From Macrostomum lignano (taxonomy: Eukaryota): a DNA stretch of 52,521 nt. Both the position numbers and the translations under genes were made by a program. Positions 1-18,468 of this stretch are shown piece by piece (the first letter of the stretch is position 1; every line of letters starts with the position of its first letter). A model generated the notes under the pieces. That model did not search any database, was not told the DNA's origin, and saw nothing but the letters and a program-made list of their open reading frames with translations. The stretch is taken from positions 1 through 52,521 of the forward strand of contig NIVC01002368.1 in NCBI GenBank assembly GCA_002269645.1, in the 5' to 3' direction.

Positions 1-1288
1 TTGGCGATTGACCATGAAAATTTGAACACTTAGTTAACACTTAGAGAAACAGACCCAAGCCAACAGAGGGCTCCGGCACTGCCTCTTCTTTTCGGACTTG
101 AATATATTTTCGGATAAAAATAGAAAATCCCGATCATATGCACACCAGACTACTAATGGTACAATTTTAGCCTGATATATAATTTTAGTCCATTTATTCA
201 CACAAAATCGGTTGATTTTCGTTAATGTCTTATCAGCTTAGATAACTGTAGCAAAGTTTCGAACAAAAGCAATCGCATAGCCACTTATACTACTAGTAGT
301 AGGAAGAAAATTACTTCTTGTGCTGTTATTATTTAGCCGTAAAACAAGTACAACACAATTGAGAACGAATTTAATGAATAGCTACGGCTGTACATAGATT
401 ACATAGATACATATATAATAAAAATTGCTATTTAAACTGTATGATATAAAATGACGCAGTGACAAAGGATTAAGGGAAAAGACAGATAAGCAAAGAGGGC
501 CGAGTACGAGCTGGGACGAAATGCCACAATTAGAAATGAAGCAGACAGAGAAAAATTTGCGCAGAGTAGCGCAAAGTGCACGATTTTTTCAGTTTAGTTT
601 TTCAGGCTTATATAAACAAAATATGATGGCTATGTGGCAAAGAGACAAACTGAGGATTAAACAGCATAGACAGGGAGACAGAAAATTAAAGAATATACAA
701 TAGACATGTAAAAAAGATGTAACAAATTGAAATTTACCAAACGCGCAAGGCCAAGAGCATTTACTACAAATTTTGCTTTTTTATTTTTTAAACTTTCGAT
801 ACATATCGGTATTACACTTGACAAAGTTGCAGGTAATTATTTAAAAAACTATTAACTCAATTTTATGCATCATTCGATACATATCGGCATTTGACAATTA
901 GTATGTATCCAGCGAAACATGCTTTCGATACATATCGGTATCAAAAACACCGAAAAAGTCTGAATCGGTACGTTAAAAAGTCTGACGAACTATTTTGCCT
1001 ACTAGTTTTTAGTTAGTGTACAAGTAACATGGATAGCACGAGCAAAACTTAAAATAAAGAAAGGGGATTATAAATATTTTGGACACAAGCAAAAAAAGAA
1101 AAACAGAGAAACAAGTACTTACAATGTTTCAGAGCAGAATAAAATATTGGAATCCTTAGAATCCAATACTCAGCTGTATTACAATTAAATTGGAAAATAT
1201 AGAATTTCAGAGAATTAAGTTACAGCGACTAAAAACCCAAACGAGACTACTTGAAGTAATAGTGGTAGTAGTAATCGTAAAATATAAT

Positions 1289-4200
1289 TCAGAAGTAGTT
1301 TGACGCCGCTCGAAGATGGAACGGATGCAACGGGGCGCCCTCGTCTAGGCGAGCCAGCACAGCTTGCAGATGAACTTCCACGGTGTTCTCAAAGAAGCTC
1401 ACGTTGCCAGAGTGCAGCGAGGCCTTCACCTCGGCTAGTAAAGAGCGGACGGGCCCGTAGTCCTGTGGGAAAGAGACAAATAGTTTGTATCAAATGGGCA
1501 CTGGCAATTCTACAATTCTCGAATTCTCGATTTTAACCTAGAGAAAAACAGACTCAAATTTTACATACTAAATTACAAAGGGGCAAAACTTAAGAGGCGC
1601 CAATATTTGGTGTCTCGGTTGGCGCCCCTGTCTCTTGCTGAGCGCCCCTGTATCTTGGTGAGCGCCCGTCTCTTGGTGGACACCCCTGTCTCTTGGTGAG
1701 CGCCCTATGTCTCTTGGTGAGCGCCCTATGTCTCTTGGTGAGCGCCCTATGTCTCTTGGTGAGCGCCCTATGTCTCTTGGTGAGCGCCCCCTGTATCTTG
1801 GTCAGCGCCCCTGTATCTTGGTGAGCGCCCCTGTCTCTTGGTGAGCGCCCCCTGTCTCTTGGTGAGCGCCCCTGTCTCTTGGTGAGCGCCCCTGTCTCTT
1901 GGTGAGCGCCCCCTGTCTCTTGGTGAGCGCCCCTGTCTCTTGGTGAGCGCCCCCTGTCTCTTGGTGAGCGCCCCTGTCTCTTGGTGAGCGCCCCTGTCTC
2001 TTGGTGAGCGCCCCTGTTTCTTGTGAGCGCCCCCTGTCTCTTGGTGAGCGCCCTATGTCTCTTGGTGAGCGCCCCTGTTTCTTGGTGAGCGCCCCTGTTT
2101 CTTGTGAGCGCCACCTGTCTCTTGGTGAGCGCCCCCTGTCTCTTGGTGAGCGCCACTGTATCTTGGTGAGCGCCCCTGTCGCTTGGTGGACACCCCTGTC
2201 TCTTGGTGGACACCCCTGGTCTCTTGATGGACACCCCTGGTCTCTTGGTGGACACCCCTGTCTCGATAGACCGATGTATGCAATCGACAGAAAATTTGAT
2301 CTCCTGTCATTCGTCGAGCGTGGTTAGTTAATACCAATACCTCAAATATTCGAGTTTATTGGGTGTCACAAGAGCCGTAAGAACGCATATTCAAGATGTT
2401 GCCTCAAAAAAGGGCCGTTTAAACAATTAGTTACCTGCTCCTCCGGACGCCGCTCGGCAACCCGACGCAGTAGAGCAAGCAGCGTCACCAGTTGCGTAAC
2501 CAAATCGGCGCTCTTCAAATTGCGCAACGGCCCGCCAGCCAGGCGAGTCTCGGCCCGGCTAACAGCCGACACGGCCAATTCGCCGGCTTTGGATTTCAGT
2601 TCGACCGCCGGATCGGGCGGCAGGCCGCGCTCGTGGCCAAGCTCGCCGGCCAGCTGGGCGGCGCTGGTTAAATGTGGCCGCAGTTCCGTATTGAGCCGGC
2701 GCAAACCCAGCAGACAGGCCGAGTAGTCGTGCACGAGCTGCAGACTGGCTGGCCTAGCCGAGGTGACCAACAGTTCGGCTTGATCGTTTAGCTGGCGCAG
2801 ATCGTCTAGGCAGCGTTTCTTGCGCTCTACCATCTTCATCAGGCGGGTAAGCACCTGCAAGGAGATGTAAAAGAACGAATGTTTATTACGCATCTACGGC
2901 CTGCGCACTGACACGAGTATTTTAGAATGTACTTTAAGAGAAACGGTTAATAACTAGATCACTTTAGCGACCCTCCTAGAATGCACTTTATCGACCTCCC
3001 AGAATGCACTCTTAGCGACCTCCCAGAATGCACTCTTAGCGACCTTCCAGAATGCACTCTTAGCGACCTCCCAGAATGCACTCTTAGCGACCTTCCAGAA
3101 TGCACTCTTAGCGACCTTCCAGAATGCACTCTTAGCGACCTTCCAGAATGCACTCTTAGCGACCTTCCAGAATGCACTCTTAGCGACCTTCCAGAATGCA
3201 CTCTTAGCGACCTTCCAGAATGCACTCTTAGCGACCTTCCAGAATGCACTCTTAGCGACCTTCCAGAATGCACTCTTAGCGACCTTCCAGAATGCACTCT
3301 TAGCGACCTTCCAGAATGCACTCTTAGCGACCTTCCAGAATGCACTCTTAGCGACCTTCCAGAATGCACTTTAGAGACCATCCCAGAATTCATGTACTTT
3401 AGCGACCTTCCTAGAATGTACTTAAGCACAAAAATTACAAAGCTTCATTTGACTCACCAGCAGAAACCGAATAGCGTAGCCGCTAAACGAGTCCTCCTCG
3501 TTCAAGCCGAGCATCTGAGCCGATCGGGTCACGCTGGACACAACCAGCGGCGGCATCTCTGCGGCGGCCGCGCTCGTCAGGCCGCCGAGCTTCACAACGC
3601 CGCCTGGGGTGACCTCGCCAATGTCGCCGACGCCGCCAATTCGATGACCGGAAGCGGACGCGCTGTTAGCGGACGATTGAGCCAGCAGCCTGGCCGGGGT
3701 GAACAGCGCCCTAGACGGCTGGTGGTTGGTCTTGTAGGAGGCCAAGGGAATGCTCTCCTGTTCCATGATCGAGCGAACCTCATAGTCTGGTATGGACCGG
3801 GTCCCTAGCGGCTGCTTGACAAAAGTGACCCGGTAGCAATGATTGTAGCCGTCAATTGCGTCAACAACGCCGGCGTAGAGACCGTCGGTTGGATAGCGAA
3901 CCCTGGCTACCACCTGGTTAAGTGGGTAGCATTTCGGTTAGACATTATAGCTAAAAACTAGTTTAAAATCAAACCGATATGAATCGCAAAAGGCTACAAT
4001 ATTTGTATGAATTTCTTGGAAAACAATTTAAATCCCAATATCAAAGAGCTAAACTGCAGAGTTCAGTCTTGACCACAACTAGAAATTACCATTGGGGACA
4101 AATAATGCATAGAAGCATAAAATCTATAAATCGAAAGCTGATTTCGATACATATCGTTTGAGAAAGAATAAGTGATAGTTAGGGAAAATTAAAATGTATA

Positions 4201-5945
4201 AAAGTACAGTTGTTAGCAATTATCGGACTGCGCAAATATTGACCGATATGTATCGAAAATATTTATTACTTATTAATCGGTAATTTAAGCCGATGTGTAT
4301 CGAAGAAATTTATCACTGGTCGGTACTCTTAAGCCGATATTTATCAAAGATATTTACCGCTAATCGGTTATTCTTAAAGCCGATATGTATTGAAATCTTT
4401 ATTACTATCGGTTATTTCAAGCAGATATGTATCGAAAACACTAATTACTATCGTCAAGTTTAGACCGATATGTATCGAAATTAATTATAACAAACGAAGA
4501 ACAGCACTCACATTAGTGCCAATAATAAGCGGCATTGGCACTCGCAGATCATCCGGCAATTCCCGAACACTTTCGCCTTCTTTAAGGGATCGACGCCTTT
4601 GCAGCGAACGGATTTTATCGCGCCGTTCGTGCAAAGCTCGACGCTCCTCGGCGAAGAAGGCCGGCGAACAGCGGCGCGGTTTGCCAAGCAGTTTGCGAAT
4701 CAGCGACCACTGCGCTCTGGTTAAGCGCCTGGTGCGCAATAGCGGGAAAGTTTCGCGTAGACAATTTTGAAAATCGTTCGGCCCAAGGAAGAGCGGCCGG
4801 TCTAGGTTAGAATAGAACCATTCGTAGAACACCCATCGGTGCGCCTTGGGCAGCTTCAGCATGTTCTTCAGGTGGGTGGCGTTCATAGCGCAGGTGTTCC
4901 TCTGCTCGCTAGGATAGAGCTGATGCTGCTGCTGCAGCTGGTGATGATGATGCTGGCGTTGAAGATGACGCTGTTGCTGATGATGCTGGTGCAACTGATG
5001 GGCCTGTTGCTGCTGCTGTGGCAAGCCAAAGCCCTGGCCGCTATCGAGCTGTTGACGAACTTTAGCCTGCGCGTGTATTTTTGGTTGCAAATTTAATAAA
5101 TTGGTTACCCCTTTCTTTTGAAGTTCGATGCTGTCTAATTTTTAACTCTTATTTTAACTATATTAACTATATCTATATTAACTTTCTCTCTTAAAGTCTC
5201 TTTATCCGGCCCTCGGGTTCTTTAAAACTAGACAATATCAATCCGGCCTGCTCAAGGTTTGACTCTTTTTAGCTCATTCTCCGAATCCCTCTCTCTTCTT
5301 TGTCCTCTCTTGCCTCAGAAGTGTAAATGATAGGGTGAAGATTTTTCTATTTACGCATTGTGTGGTTCTGATGCTTAAAATACAGTAAAACAGGTAAATC
5401 ACCTTGTTCAATTTGGCAGGCTTGGCCTGCTTTCGCTCTTTCACGCTGGTCGCACCGGCAGAGGCATCGGCGCCGCCGAAAGAGCTCTGCATACGGAGGA
5501 ACACCTGCGCCTCGGGTCCGTAGTCGTACAGGGTGTCATCATTCTGATAAGCGGCCGCGGCTTCAGCTCGACCTGAGGACCGGCCACTGCCAGATTGGCG
5601 CTCCTTCAATTGTTTCTGCTGCTTTTTTGACAAGCGCGACTGTTGCTGCTGCTTCTGCACTTGCTGCTGTTGCTGTTGTTCCGCCGCTTTTTGCTGCTTT
5701 TTCTTTTTCTTTGAAGTGGCAGCAGTGGCAGCGGCAGCAGCGGCGGTGGCGGCTGGAGCGCCAGTCTTGGCAGCCAATTTCTTGTGCTTGGCAAGTTTGG
5801 CCAATTTAGCCTGAAGCTTATCGAACTGCTGCTGCTGCTGGCGCTGCTTCTGTCTGGCGCTGCTGCTGGATTTGCTGCGCGTTGACGCGCCAACTGTGGC
5901 TGAATGGCCGGAGCCAGCGACGAATTCTTCATAGCCAGTTTCCAT
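1289..5945 (-). CDS. lin-9: LIN-9 (DREAM/MuvB subunit), 5 exons: 5945-5403, 5066-4512, 3913-3458, 2854-2435, 1462-1289; ~715 aa
   Basis: DIRP domain (LKLPKAHRWVFYEWFYSNLDRPLF...LLGKPRRCSPAFFAEER), Tudor-like part (DGLYAGVVDAID...SIPDYEV), coiled coil and C-terminal SFFENTVEVHL match animal LIN9. All junctions are GT-AG, phase 0, and join in frame. The exon-2 acceptor is the least certain. Confidence 0.93.
1600..2275. repeat. 20/21-bp minisatellite (TCTTGGTGAGCGCCCCTGTC)n in lin-9 intron 4
   Basis: Tandem copies read directly. Confidence 0.95.
2960..3420. repeat. 24-bp minisatellite (CTTAGCGACCTTCCAGAATGCACT)n in lin-9 intron 3
   Basis: About 17 near-identical copies. Confidence 0.97.
4140..4480. 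repeat. Degenerate repeat built on CCGATATGTATCG; related copies at ~795-945
   Basis: The motif recurs about every 30-45 bp. Confidence 0.75.
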
Positions 5946-8900
5946 GGCAACAGTGGTGCTCTTAATGATATATAGTTGTTAAGGCACCAAGATGAGGAAC
6001 TGCTTTTGTATAATCACAATAAGCTGTGCTCAGAAGTATTGTGAAATTTTAAAAACCTATTTAAAGTGCCATCACGAGTCATGACTGCAAAAATAACTAT
6101 CACCCTATTGAAGCCAAAATGTATGTCATATGGTCTGTATTAACTGCACTGTATTTGCACAAATATTGACTTATTTATCTATAGACAAGATAAACTATTT
6201 TAAACCATTTTTATATAGTGATGAAAATTTAAGCTAGTAGATCTACTTTGGTTGCAATCAATTTGCCAAAAGTCAATTTGCTAAAAGCAGGTTGTTTTGC
6301 TTAAATTTTTATGATATAGGTTTATTGTAAAATAAACAATTGAACTAATAAACTAATAAACAAATAAACAAATAAAATTAAAAAGTCAGTGGCAAAAATA
6401 TAGTAAAGTTTATAATTGTTGAAATGCCATAGTTTATTTTGTTATTTATATAAGAAATCTTAATGTAAGTAAAAAAAACCTTAACTTAAAATTAAATACT
6501 TTGCATAAAAATGAATAGAAAATGGATTGGCATAAATGGCTGGTATAAAAACCATTATATATGATTTCTGTTTCTGGTAAAGCATTACAACCATGTTTAT
6601 TTGAAAAAAAGAGAATTTAAATAACTATATATTCTATTGTTGATTTAAACTAAAATAGTTTCATTTCTAGAAATTGTATTATCATAACCAAAAACTTTTC
6701 ACTTTATTATTTTAATATACAATACAAATAGAAATCTATGTGTGGGTTCCCTGACAGATATTCTTTCCTTTGAACAGATAATTCATACAAAAAATGAATT
6801 CATGTTTTGGATACATTCCTTACTTTGATGCCATATTCAGCTTTAAAATTTGTAAGCAGAAATTTTCTATCCCAAAGGAAAAAACATTGGCATAAATGCA
6901 AAATGTGTCAAAAGATTAATTCATTTGGCACCCCTTATAAATATATTTTGGAAGCAAATATCTCGGGAAATACAAAAGGTAATCATGTGTCTAAGATGTC
7001 ATTGCAAAGCTAAGACGTGTCAAGAATTGATAAAAGTTTCAGAGCAAATGATTGAAGCATAGAGACACAGCAATAAATCAAACTTTTTGTTGATCAACGA
7101 TCTTCAACCAAGATCAACCAAAACTTACTAAGATAAAGAATAGCCCTAAATTGTAAAAAAGTAGTTTTATATATAATATGATAATTGACAGCTAGCCACT
7201 AGGGCCTAGTACTAGTAGTAAGGGGCCTATTTTTTCAATTTTAAGCAATAGAACAAGGCCTAGACAGCTAGACCTAGGTCCTAGACCTAGATTAGATCTG
7301 AAATATTTCTTTGGCTTAATATTAATAAAGGTTAAATCCAAGAATATATGATCCTTAGACTCAAGGCCTTGTCCCTACTGAACAGAAAACATTCATGTCA
7401 TGACTTAGGCCTAATTCAATAATTGTTACTTGGACCCTATAATAAAAATTATTGGCCTAGACCATATATTGCACAGCCAGCCCCAGCCTAGCCTATCCAG
7501 ATTCGAGACCTTGGACCTATTATTTATAGACTTTAAACTTATAAAGGCAGAGGGTGATTAAAGAATAGCCTGATTTTTCAGTAGGTCTAGTCTAGGCTAG
7601 GCCTAGGCCTATATACAAATCTAATCTAGGATAGGCTTTAGCCAGAAAAAAGGTCTCGCTTGCACCCTTGCACTTCAGCACTTGTGATGTGACCTAGGCT
7701 ATAAAGTTCTATTTAGTAATAGACTAGACCCTAGCCCTGTCGGGGATTTGGTTAGGCCTTAGGATTTATCCCAAATTGGGACATCAACATAGAAGTACAA
7801 TGTGTAAAGGCGTAAATGGAATCAAATAGACAGTACTTATTAAATCTTGCTTTTGCAGCCATTTTCTAATGAAATGTTCTTGGAAAGTATGATCCATGCC
7901 TTCAATTTCAAATGTTTGCCAGTAAAAATGATAATTCAAATCGCTGGGTGGTAAAAAAAGCGCCAATTTAAGTTACACAATATGTAGCTAATGTAATTTC
8001 CCAGAATTTTCTGTGGTAATTTCGAATACTGGACAAAAATAACTACTATGGTGTAAAACTAGACAGCAGAACTTTCATTTCTACTAGGGAATTTGTTTAG
8101 GAACCTAAAATTGTAGTTGTTATAAGCTCTGTATCAGTTACCAATACTATATGATTTAGCCAAAACGTATTTATACAAACAAGCACTTTGTCAGCCATTT
8201 TTAAAATGCAAAGTATAACAAAAAAGTAATATAGATATACAGACAAACGAACTTTAGTGTAATATTGCATTAATTTACTTAGAAAAAGACTTTTACTTAT
8301 AGTTATGCTAAAAAACAATTGTTTTTTCTAAATGTCGTAACTATTCTTTCTAACCTCAATTTGAGCGCAGTATATAATTACATGTATAAAAACATCGAAA
8401 TGACTCAAGGAAACTAAAAATGGCTGTCTTTTCAGCTCAATTCTTCTTTGGTAACGGGCCAACAAAAATATCCAGGAAGTACATGCCCCGTCGATCTTTC
8501 AAACGATATTGGGGTTCACCGTACTGGACCAATCCTCATACAGTTAGGGAAAATCAAAGCTGATTACTTAGTATGGAGACCTGGTCAAACAGGTGACAAG
8601 GCGATCCGGCGACAGTCAAACCGGGGACAGACAATTCAGCGACAAGCAAGTGTACATATGCACCACCCGCGTCGCTCGAGAATTCAGACCTACATAGTAC
8701 ATGTAGCTTATGTACAATAAATGATATGGTACAGAACAGCAAGATTTTAGCGGTTTTTACGAGCTAAAAAGCTATATACCACAAATTCCAACTCAGGATG
8801 TGTTTGGTAAAAATTTTTTGAAATGTCAAGCAGCTAGCTGTCTGCTGCTATAAGTACGAGACTAACCGTAAGATCCACGCTCACAACAAGAGTCGAGATC

Positions 8901-11239
8901 GTCGAGAGCTCTCGAAGTGATTAAAACCAGAACCAACACTGCACATGCAGTTGCTCCACCCATATACTCGTACATATACAGAAGCCCATAAACAGATGAA
9001 GACGTTGAAGTACATGCACAGATCTCAATTGGCTCGATCTAAAGTGATGTAACCGCCCTTGTCGCCTGTCTGCTCTGCTGGGAGACGAACGCATGACCAG
9101 AGGGGGCAATGACCGTAGGCTGCCTATGATCGGGCGATGACCTGACGGACCTCCAACACCAGACTGTCCCGCCCACATGAATTGATAGTTTTAGTAGCGC
9201 TTTCGTGACCAGAGGGCCAAGGACCCACATGGACCCCATCTGTAGCCAAGGTGCAATAGTTGGTCACTCGGTCATAGTATGACCGAGTGGCTGCCACCAC
9301 TCTATGTGACCTGGCGCACCTACATGTAGATCTTACTACCAGACCTCTCGAGGCTAGAGCTCCGCCTGGATTGTTACCAGGGAATTTAGGCTAACAGGGG
9401 AGACACATGCAGCCGAGTACAGGGACTCTGCTTGGGGCATGATCGGGAACTCTGGGCTCAATATGGAGGATTTCTCAGCCGGGGATCCTTTGTGGCTGTG
9501 AGCGAGGCTGATTCGCGGCTTCAATTACTAAGAGTAGTGTGGGGCGAACATGTACTGTCTCTAGTTTAGATTGCTCAGGGCGAAGGGACGCGTCAGCATG
9601 GGGTTGCAACCTTCCTACTGCCATTCTGTGCCAAGACTCGCTAATCCCTCTACTGCACGCACACTCCGACCCGCAGCACGCACACACAGGCGGGCTTTGC
9701 ACGGGGAGAGGCCGTTAGCTTACCCAAACTTCCTTATGCTTTGCCACCCCGGGAGAAAGGCTTAGCAAGCCATGAGTGAAATGATGGTGAACGAGTGAAT
9801 AATGAGGAGGTTAGCAATAGTTAATAATTAGGCCCTTAGGCGAAATAATCAGGCAATTAGGCGGTTCACTATTGAATAAATACAGCAAAAGATACGGTAT
9901 CACAATTGGCTCAGCTCTCTAATCAAGCAATGGAAAATAGGCAAACCCCGAATAAGCAAAGGCAATTAGAGCACAATTAGTAACAGGAACTTACCGGCGG
10001 CTGCACAGAGAGAGAGAGCGACGGAGTGACCGTGGGCGGCTGTTGGCTGCAGTCGGGCAGGCAGTGAAGCGGCGATGCGCTGAAGCGACGAGGCGCTGAT
10101 GTAGTTCAGGCGATGCTGAAGATGATTGGCGGTGACAGACCGCGGACCGGCAGATGAGCTCACTTGGGGAGCTGAAGATAACTTGGCGGTAATAGACCGC
10201 GGACCGGCAGAGGTTCGTCCTATAGACGAACGGGTCAGATCGAGGTCTGACAGCAAGTCCACAATAGGGACAAGACAAAAGCCTTCTGAGGATTCTCAGG
10301 CCGAAAACCGCTTCCTTATATAGCCTTCCCAGCCGCCGCTCCAAGGTCGTTTCCATGACTCCCTCTCTCTGATTGGATGCCGGCAGAATGACGTCAGAAT
10401 GAGTCATGATGAAAAGCATGAGAACGGCATAGCAACATGAGAAATGGGAAAATTTCGCAAACCAAAAGAGGGGTAGGGGGATAATTGGTGCAGCGGGAGG
10501 TCACAAAAGTGTTGCACAAGCAAACATTGATAACAATGGGGCGGGGGTCGAGAACAAAGGAAATGGAAAACGGGGATAAGTGGGGAGAATCGAGAACAAT
10601 AAAAAAGTAAACATTGGGGAAAAGATGCTAATTGGGTGCGAAAAGGAGAACAAAAGAATAAAAAACGAGAACAATAGAAGCGGAGGTGGGGTGAGTGCCG
10701 CATGAGAAATTTGGGGAGGAAAACAATGGCATGAGAAAAGGTTGCGCAAGAGAGGGTGATGAGTCATTGATGAGTCATCGAGGGGAAAGAGGGGTCACAG
10801 GACTTGCATCACCGTTTGGGAGTTTGATAAGGGATGGGGTGACGGTGAGCGCACAAAGTACTGTAAGTAGGTACCAAAAGAGGGGGACAGCGCAGGAAAA
10901 CAGTGCAAAAAGAGACAAAAAAGAGTGGGATTGGGAAAAGTACACAATGAATAGGGTAGAGCGCATAGGAAATAGAGTAGCGGGGGAGGTATAATAGAGA
11001 GAGACAGGGGCTCCGGAAGGGCATGTGTGGCGGCGTGGGAGACGGAGCCGAGGCAGCAGGGGGTGCAGCAGAGCGGGAGTCAGCAGGCCTGGTCAAAGAC
11101 CTGGCCCAGTCTCGACGGCTCTGCTCAGGAGGGTGCACGGTGATTGGAGGTATGCATAAATGTACTATAATATACTGTGCAAAGCAAATGCCCTACTAAT
11201 ACACATGTAAATGTGGATGATGTACACATTAACAGTAGA

Positions 11240-12196
11240 ACTACTACCAAGTGGGGGGGGGATTTCCCCTGACAATTTTTTTGCTGCGCATTGGAGCAAC
11301 GCAGGCACACGAAATTCAAGAAAACGGGCTAACTTTTGTTGCGCACCTTCTCAAACAAGGATCAAGTTGCCAGCCCTCCAGACCGTTGAGATATTCGACG
11401 ATTCTGCCAGAAGGTCGGATTTTCCCATAAGCGCCAGTGTATTCAGTACACCCCTGTGCGCCAATCAGCACTGCGCCTCAGTGCAGCCTTCCCAAGTCTC
11501 CAAATTTCAACAGCACGTCGACCACATGTGTCTGCATCAGCATTGACTTCGTTGGTCATTGGCCTTTACCCAGGCGGAGCTTCTGGACCTTCAACAGGTG
11601 GCTCCAGGTGACTATGGACACCCTGATGCGAATTTCTCTAGTTGTGGGACGATGTAGCCAACAAGTTACTTACTGTGCGATATCGTACCTAAGAAGATGT
11701 GCAACAGATGTGACCATCAGAGTACCACAGGTGCCACCTGTTGGAGGTGCCGACGGCGTCGTGGTGATGACTGAATGCTTGAGAGACTAGCTGAGGATGT
11801 CCAGCAGTGGCGGCTAGCCCACTGTCGAGGCTTGATGGGCGAAACTAGACCAATACGCATCAGGGTGTCCTGAGTCCCCTGCTGCTACCTGTTGAAGGTC
11901 CAGAAGCTCCGCCTGGGTGAGGGCTAGTGACCAACGAAGTCACAGCTGATGCAGATACATCTGGTCGATGATTGGCGCACAGGGGTGTACTGAATACACT
12001 GGCGCTTATGGGAAAATCCGACCTTCTGGCAGAATCGTCGAATATCTCAACGGTCTGGAGGGCTGGCGACCTGATTCTTGTTTGAGAAGGTGCGCAACAA
12101 AAGTTGGCCCATGTTCTTGAAAAGTTGGCCTGCGTTGCTCCAATATGGCGCAGCAAAAAAATTGTCAGGGGGAATTCCCCCCCCCCTCTTGGTAGT
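11240..12196. mobile_element. Foldback/MITE-like element: ~230-bp inverted arms (11240-11470 / 11965-12196) plus an inner inverted pair (~11568-11645 / ~11835-11915)
   Basis: ACTACCAAG-G-run-ATT..CCCCTGACAATTTTT at left has its reverse complement at right, and both arms translate to the same peptide. No TSD found. Confidence 0.6.
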
Positions 12197-12770
12197 TCGA
12201 CGGGCGGAAAATGGCTTGGTGTTCTTACTGTTAATATCTTTATATATTCCCTGTGCATGTAGGGGAATTACTGCTCTAGCCTGCTGCCTTGTAGTAAAAT
12301 TATTGTCTGGTTACTGTATTGTATTGGTACATGTAGTACATCTTCGCTTTTACATGTGCACGCGCAGTTAGAGAAAAGCAGCTATACAGAGAAGTGTGCA
12401 TGCAAGCATGTGTACTAAGAACGCACATGTTGATCACGAAATGTAAACTTTCAATCACACACACGCCTGTCTAGCGGTATATAGTTTGCTTCCGCAGAAA
12501 AATTATCTCTGCAAAAGGCAAGGCGTGAAAGACAGAGTTAATAAGCCTGCTGTAAGTTAGTTCGGTTGTAATGTATCTGCAGGCAGTTTAATAGTGTAGA
12601 TGCATTAAAAGCGCGTTGTCAGAGAGCCTCCGCAAGAACTACACACGAGCTAATGGCGTCGGCTTTGCCAAGATTTTCCTGCGATGTAAAGGTGACTAAA
12701 CGGGCCGACTGAAGTATCGTAAGAACTCAAATAAATTTCCTCTCACCTGCTGTTAGAGAAATCCCCCACC

Positions 12771-13298
12771 TTGAATCAGGAACTATCCCAGCTAGCTGTT
12801 CAAGGCGAGATCAGCCTTGTTCGTCGTTTCGCTACCGCGGACCTGGTGAAAACTGTGGACGATGACAAAGGCTGGACAGTTCTCATGCTGGTAGCGACAG
12901 CTGACACCTGCAATGAGACGCCTGTATCGACAACAAAGTGCATCGAGTACTTTCTATTTCAAGGCGCTGATCCGATGTCGAGAGACGAGGAATCTGGCGA
13001 CACGGCAGCTCACCTGGCGGCCAGGCGCAACCAGCTGCGACTGCTGGCGCTGCTGCCGTTCGACTCCAAGTGGCTGCTGAATTGGCGAGGCGCCACTCCG
13101 CTGATGGAGGCTGCGCTGTCTGGCAGTCGTGACTGCGCCAAGCACCTGCTGCATCTGTTGCGTCTGAAAAAATGGAATCAGAAAAGCAATGACAAACGAT
13201 TGAGACTGCTGGAATTGAAGGATAGTGAAGGTCGCAGTGCTTTGGATATTGCTAAAAGCAGCGGGCACCACGACTTGGCTAGGCTTATCGAACGGTGA
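12771..13298 (+). CDS. Ankyrin-repeat exon/ORF A (about 4 repeats); start not resolved; ends at a probable phase-2 donor CG|GTGAG
   Basis: GWTVLMLVA, GDTAAHLAARRN, GATPLMEAALSG and GRSALDIA ankyrin motifs. Confidence 0.8.
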   Translation: MNQELSQLAVQGEISLVRRFATADLVKTVDDDKGWTVLMLVATADTCNETPVSTTKCIEYFLFQGADPMSRDEESGDTAAHLAARRNQLRLLALLPFDSKWLLNWRGATPLMEAALSGSRDCAKHLLHLLRLKKWNQKSNDKRLRLLELKDSEGRSALDIAKSSGHHDLARLIER

Positions 13299-13519
13299 GA
13301 CTCAAGCTGAGTGCCCTAAAATATAGCCAGGATTTGTACATTTTAGGAAGAGATGGAGACTTTGATCCTTGAACTTGAAGTCAGGATCAGAGTGGAGATT
13401 TAATGCAAACCAGAAGTATCACTGGCACTAAGAAGAATAAAGAAGAAGTACAGAAGACTGCAGAAAATTGTATGGTAGGGACTAATGTTACGTGCAGGAC
13501 CATGAGAAACGCAAGAAGC

Positions 13520-13990
13520 TGTTGAGAGGCCTGCAGAAGCATCAGGGTTGAAGTTCCTGCAGAAGCATCAGGGTTGGAGTTCCTGCAGAAGCATCAGGGC
13601 TGGAGTTCATGCAGAAGCATCAGGGTTGGAGTTCATGCAGAAGCATCAGGGTTGAAGTTCCTGCAGAAGCATCAGGGCTGGAGTTCCTGCAGAAGCATCA
13701 GGGCTGGAGTTCCTGCAGAAGCATCAGGGTTGGAGTTCATGCAGAAGCATCAGGGTTGGAGTTCCTGTAGAAGCATCAGGGTTGGAGTTCCTGCAGAAGC
13801 ATCAGGGCTGGAGTTCCTGCAGAAGCATCAGGGCTGGAGTTCCTGCAGAAGCATCAGGGCTGGAGTTCCTGCAGAAGCATCAGGGTTGGAGTTCCTGCAG
13901 AAGCATCAGGGCTGGAGTTCCTGCAGAAGCATCAGGGTTGGAGTTCCTGCAGAAGCATCAGGGTTGGAGTTCCTTCAGAAGCATCAGGGT
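13520..13990. repeat. 24-bp minisatellite (CTGCAGAAGCATCAGGGYTGGAGTT-type)
   Basis: Tandem copies read directly. Confidence 0.95.
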
Positions 13991-14282
13991 AATAGGTTAA
14001 TTTTACGTGCACAACCATCCGAAACACAAGAGACATCCGGGTAGGAGTGGCTGAAGAAGCATCAGGATCGCTCATAAGTATATTTTTTTATTCTGACAAC
14101 TGAAATATAGCTTGTAAATTTATTTTAAAACCGAATTTTGCATCAGCGAGCAGCGACTCAGTCTAGGCGGGCTTGGTTCTATCTGCGGTCAGACTGAATC
14201 GGTGAGTGAATCGTGATTTTTATCGAGGATTAACGACTCCTGCCTGTGCTATGAATAAATACAATACTACTGATGCTATACT

Positions 14283-18453
<4,171 letters not shown>

Positions 18454-18468
18454 CCTGAGTACCGAACC

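Noticed and set aside
1590-3429. Repeat ORFs and CRISPR-like regularity
   Set aside because: Tandem minisatellites in lin-9 introns; no unique spacers and no cas genes.
7200-7760. CTAGGCCTAG-rich tract
   Set aside because: Degenerate low-complexity sequence with no definable unit or ends.
8850-11150. GC-richer block with many short ORFs; possible LTR/DIRS element
   Set aside because: No RT, integrase, gag, LTR pair or PBS recognisable; left unclassified.
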